Part shown: positions 31,550 through 32,000 of the stretch, in pieces
How the letters are laid out: every line of letters starts with the position of its first letter
Position numbering within the stretch: the first letter of the stretch is position 1
NCBI RefSeq assembly: GCF_024298865.1
Contig: NZ_CP101161.1
Location: 175,227-207,226 of the forward strand
Direction: 5' to 3'
Length of the DNA: 32,000 nucleotides
Source: Halorarius halobius
Lineage (GTDB): Archaea > Halobacteriota > Halobacteria > Halobacteriales > Haloarculaceae
Notes under the pieces: model-generated
Databases searched by the model: none
Told to the model about the DNA's origin: nothing
The model's input: the letters and a program-made list of their open reading frames with translations, nothing else
Position numbers and translations under genes: made by a program

Positions 31550-32000
31550 GGTTGGCTCCGAATCGCTGAGAGTCGTCTGGCGACCGTCTCGAGGAGGAAC
31601 GCCGCGAGCGCGGCCAGGAGGAACGCCCACCCCCACTCCGTGCGTACGTCGCGGGTCCGCCGCGCCCGCTCGGTCACCGTCCGCGCTATCGCGGCGGCCT
31701 CGCTCGGCGCGAACACGCGCCCCCCGGTCCGCTCGACGGCGGCGTCGAGCGCGTCGCTCTGCCCGAGCGCCCCGTACTCGCGGGGGTAGTTCGCGGCGAA
31801 GGTGGCGCCGGCCACCTCCTGGAACCCGACGCTATCGGGCTGGACCGTCGCCGCGTACGTGTCGGGGGCGACCCGGCGGAACGACGGGGGTGGGGCGGGC
31901 CGCTCGCTCCCCGTGTAGCGGACCGTCGTCGCCGCGCCGACCCGCGTGTCGGCGGCGGTGGCCCCGTCGCCTTGGGTCGGGTCGCCGACCGCCCAGTTGA
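31546..32000 (-). CDS. C-terminal part of a larger membrane-anchored protein (5' end beyond the window)
   Basis: The track lists only 31546..31815. My translation of the same frame stays open to position 32000 (NWAVGDPTQGDGATAADTRVGAATTVRYTG...). It ends in the TM helix TEWGWAFLLAALAAFLLETVARRL. I cannot assign a family. Confidence 0.7.
   Translation of the reverse strand, partial: NWAVGDPTQGDGATAADTRVGAATTVRYTGSERPAPPPSFRRVAPDTYAATVQPDSVGFQEVAGATFAANYPREYGALGQSDALDAAVERTGGRVFAPSEAAAIARTVTERARRTRDVRTEWGWAFLLAALAAFLLETVARRLSAIRSQP

Overview
High-GC sequence with an acidic proteome. Archaeal marker genes (aRF1, sn-glycerol-1-phosphate dehydrogenase egsA, Taw1, CTP-dependent riboflavin kinase, a PGF-CTERM protein) point to a haloarchaeal (class Halobacteria) chromosome. 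I call 30 protein-coding genes and found no rRNA, tRNA, CRISPR array, transposase or integrase. Most genes are housekeeping: purB, a purN-purH fusion, ilvE, ribB plus an RbkR-type riboflavin kinase, taw1, argS, prf1, a folC-folP fusion and egsA. The rest are methyltransferases, a GT4 glycosyltransferase, S9 and M48 peptidases, and an SDR epimerase. Many longest ORFs in the supplied track carry Arg-rich 5' extensions. I moved those starts to internal ATGs that sit 22-26 nt downstream of a TATA-like box, the leaderless haloarchaeal pattern. Two features are missing from the track: the edge-open purB gene (1..1108, minus strand) and a 50-codon membrane ORF (13584..13736, minus strand). The best candidate for an undescribed system is a minus-strand chain of five start/stop-overlapping genes at 28326..32000. 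It encodes an edge-truncated membrane protein, a membrane-anchored coiled coil, a 3-TM acidic-tail protein, a MoxR AAA+ ATPase and a DUF58 protein, and it continues beyond the window. Secondary candidates are a lower-GC pair (wHTH/zinc-ribbon regulator plus a 914-aa beta-helix PGF-CTERM surface protein), a MinD/ParA-like protein lacking both Walker A lysines, and structured 3' regions in which the last codons plus stop of purNH and of the S9 peptidase are duplicated in frame. All family assignments rest on motifs I read in the translations. No database search was possible.
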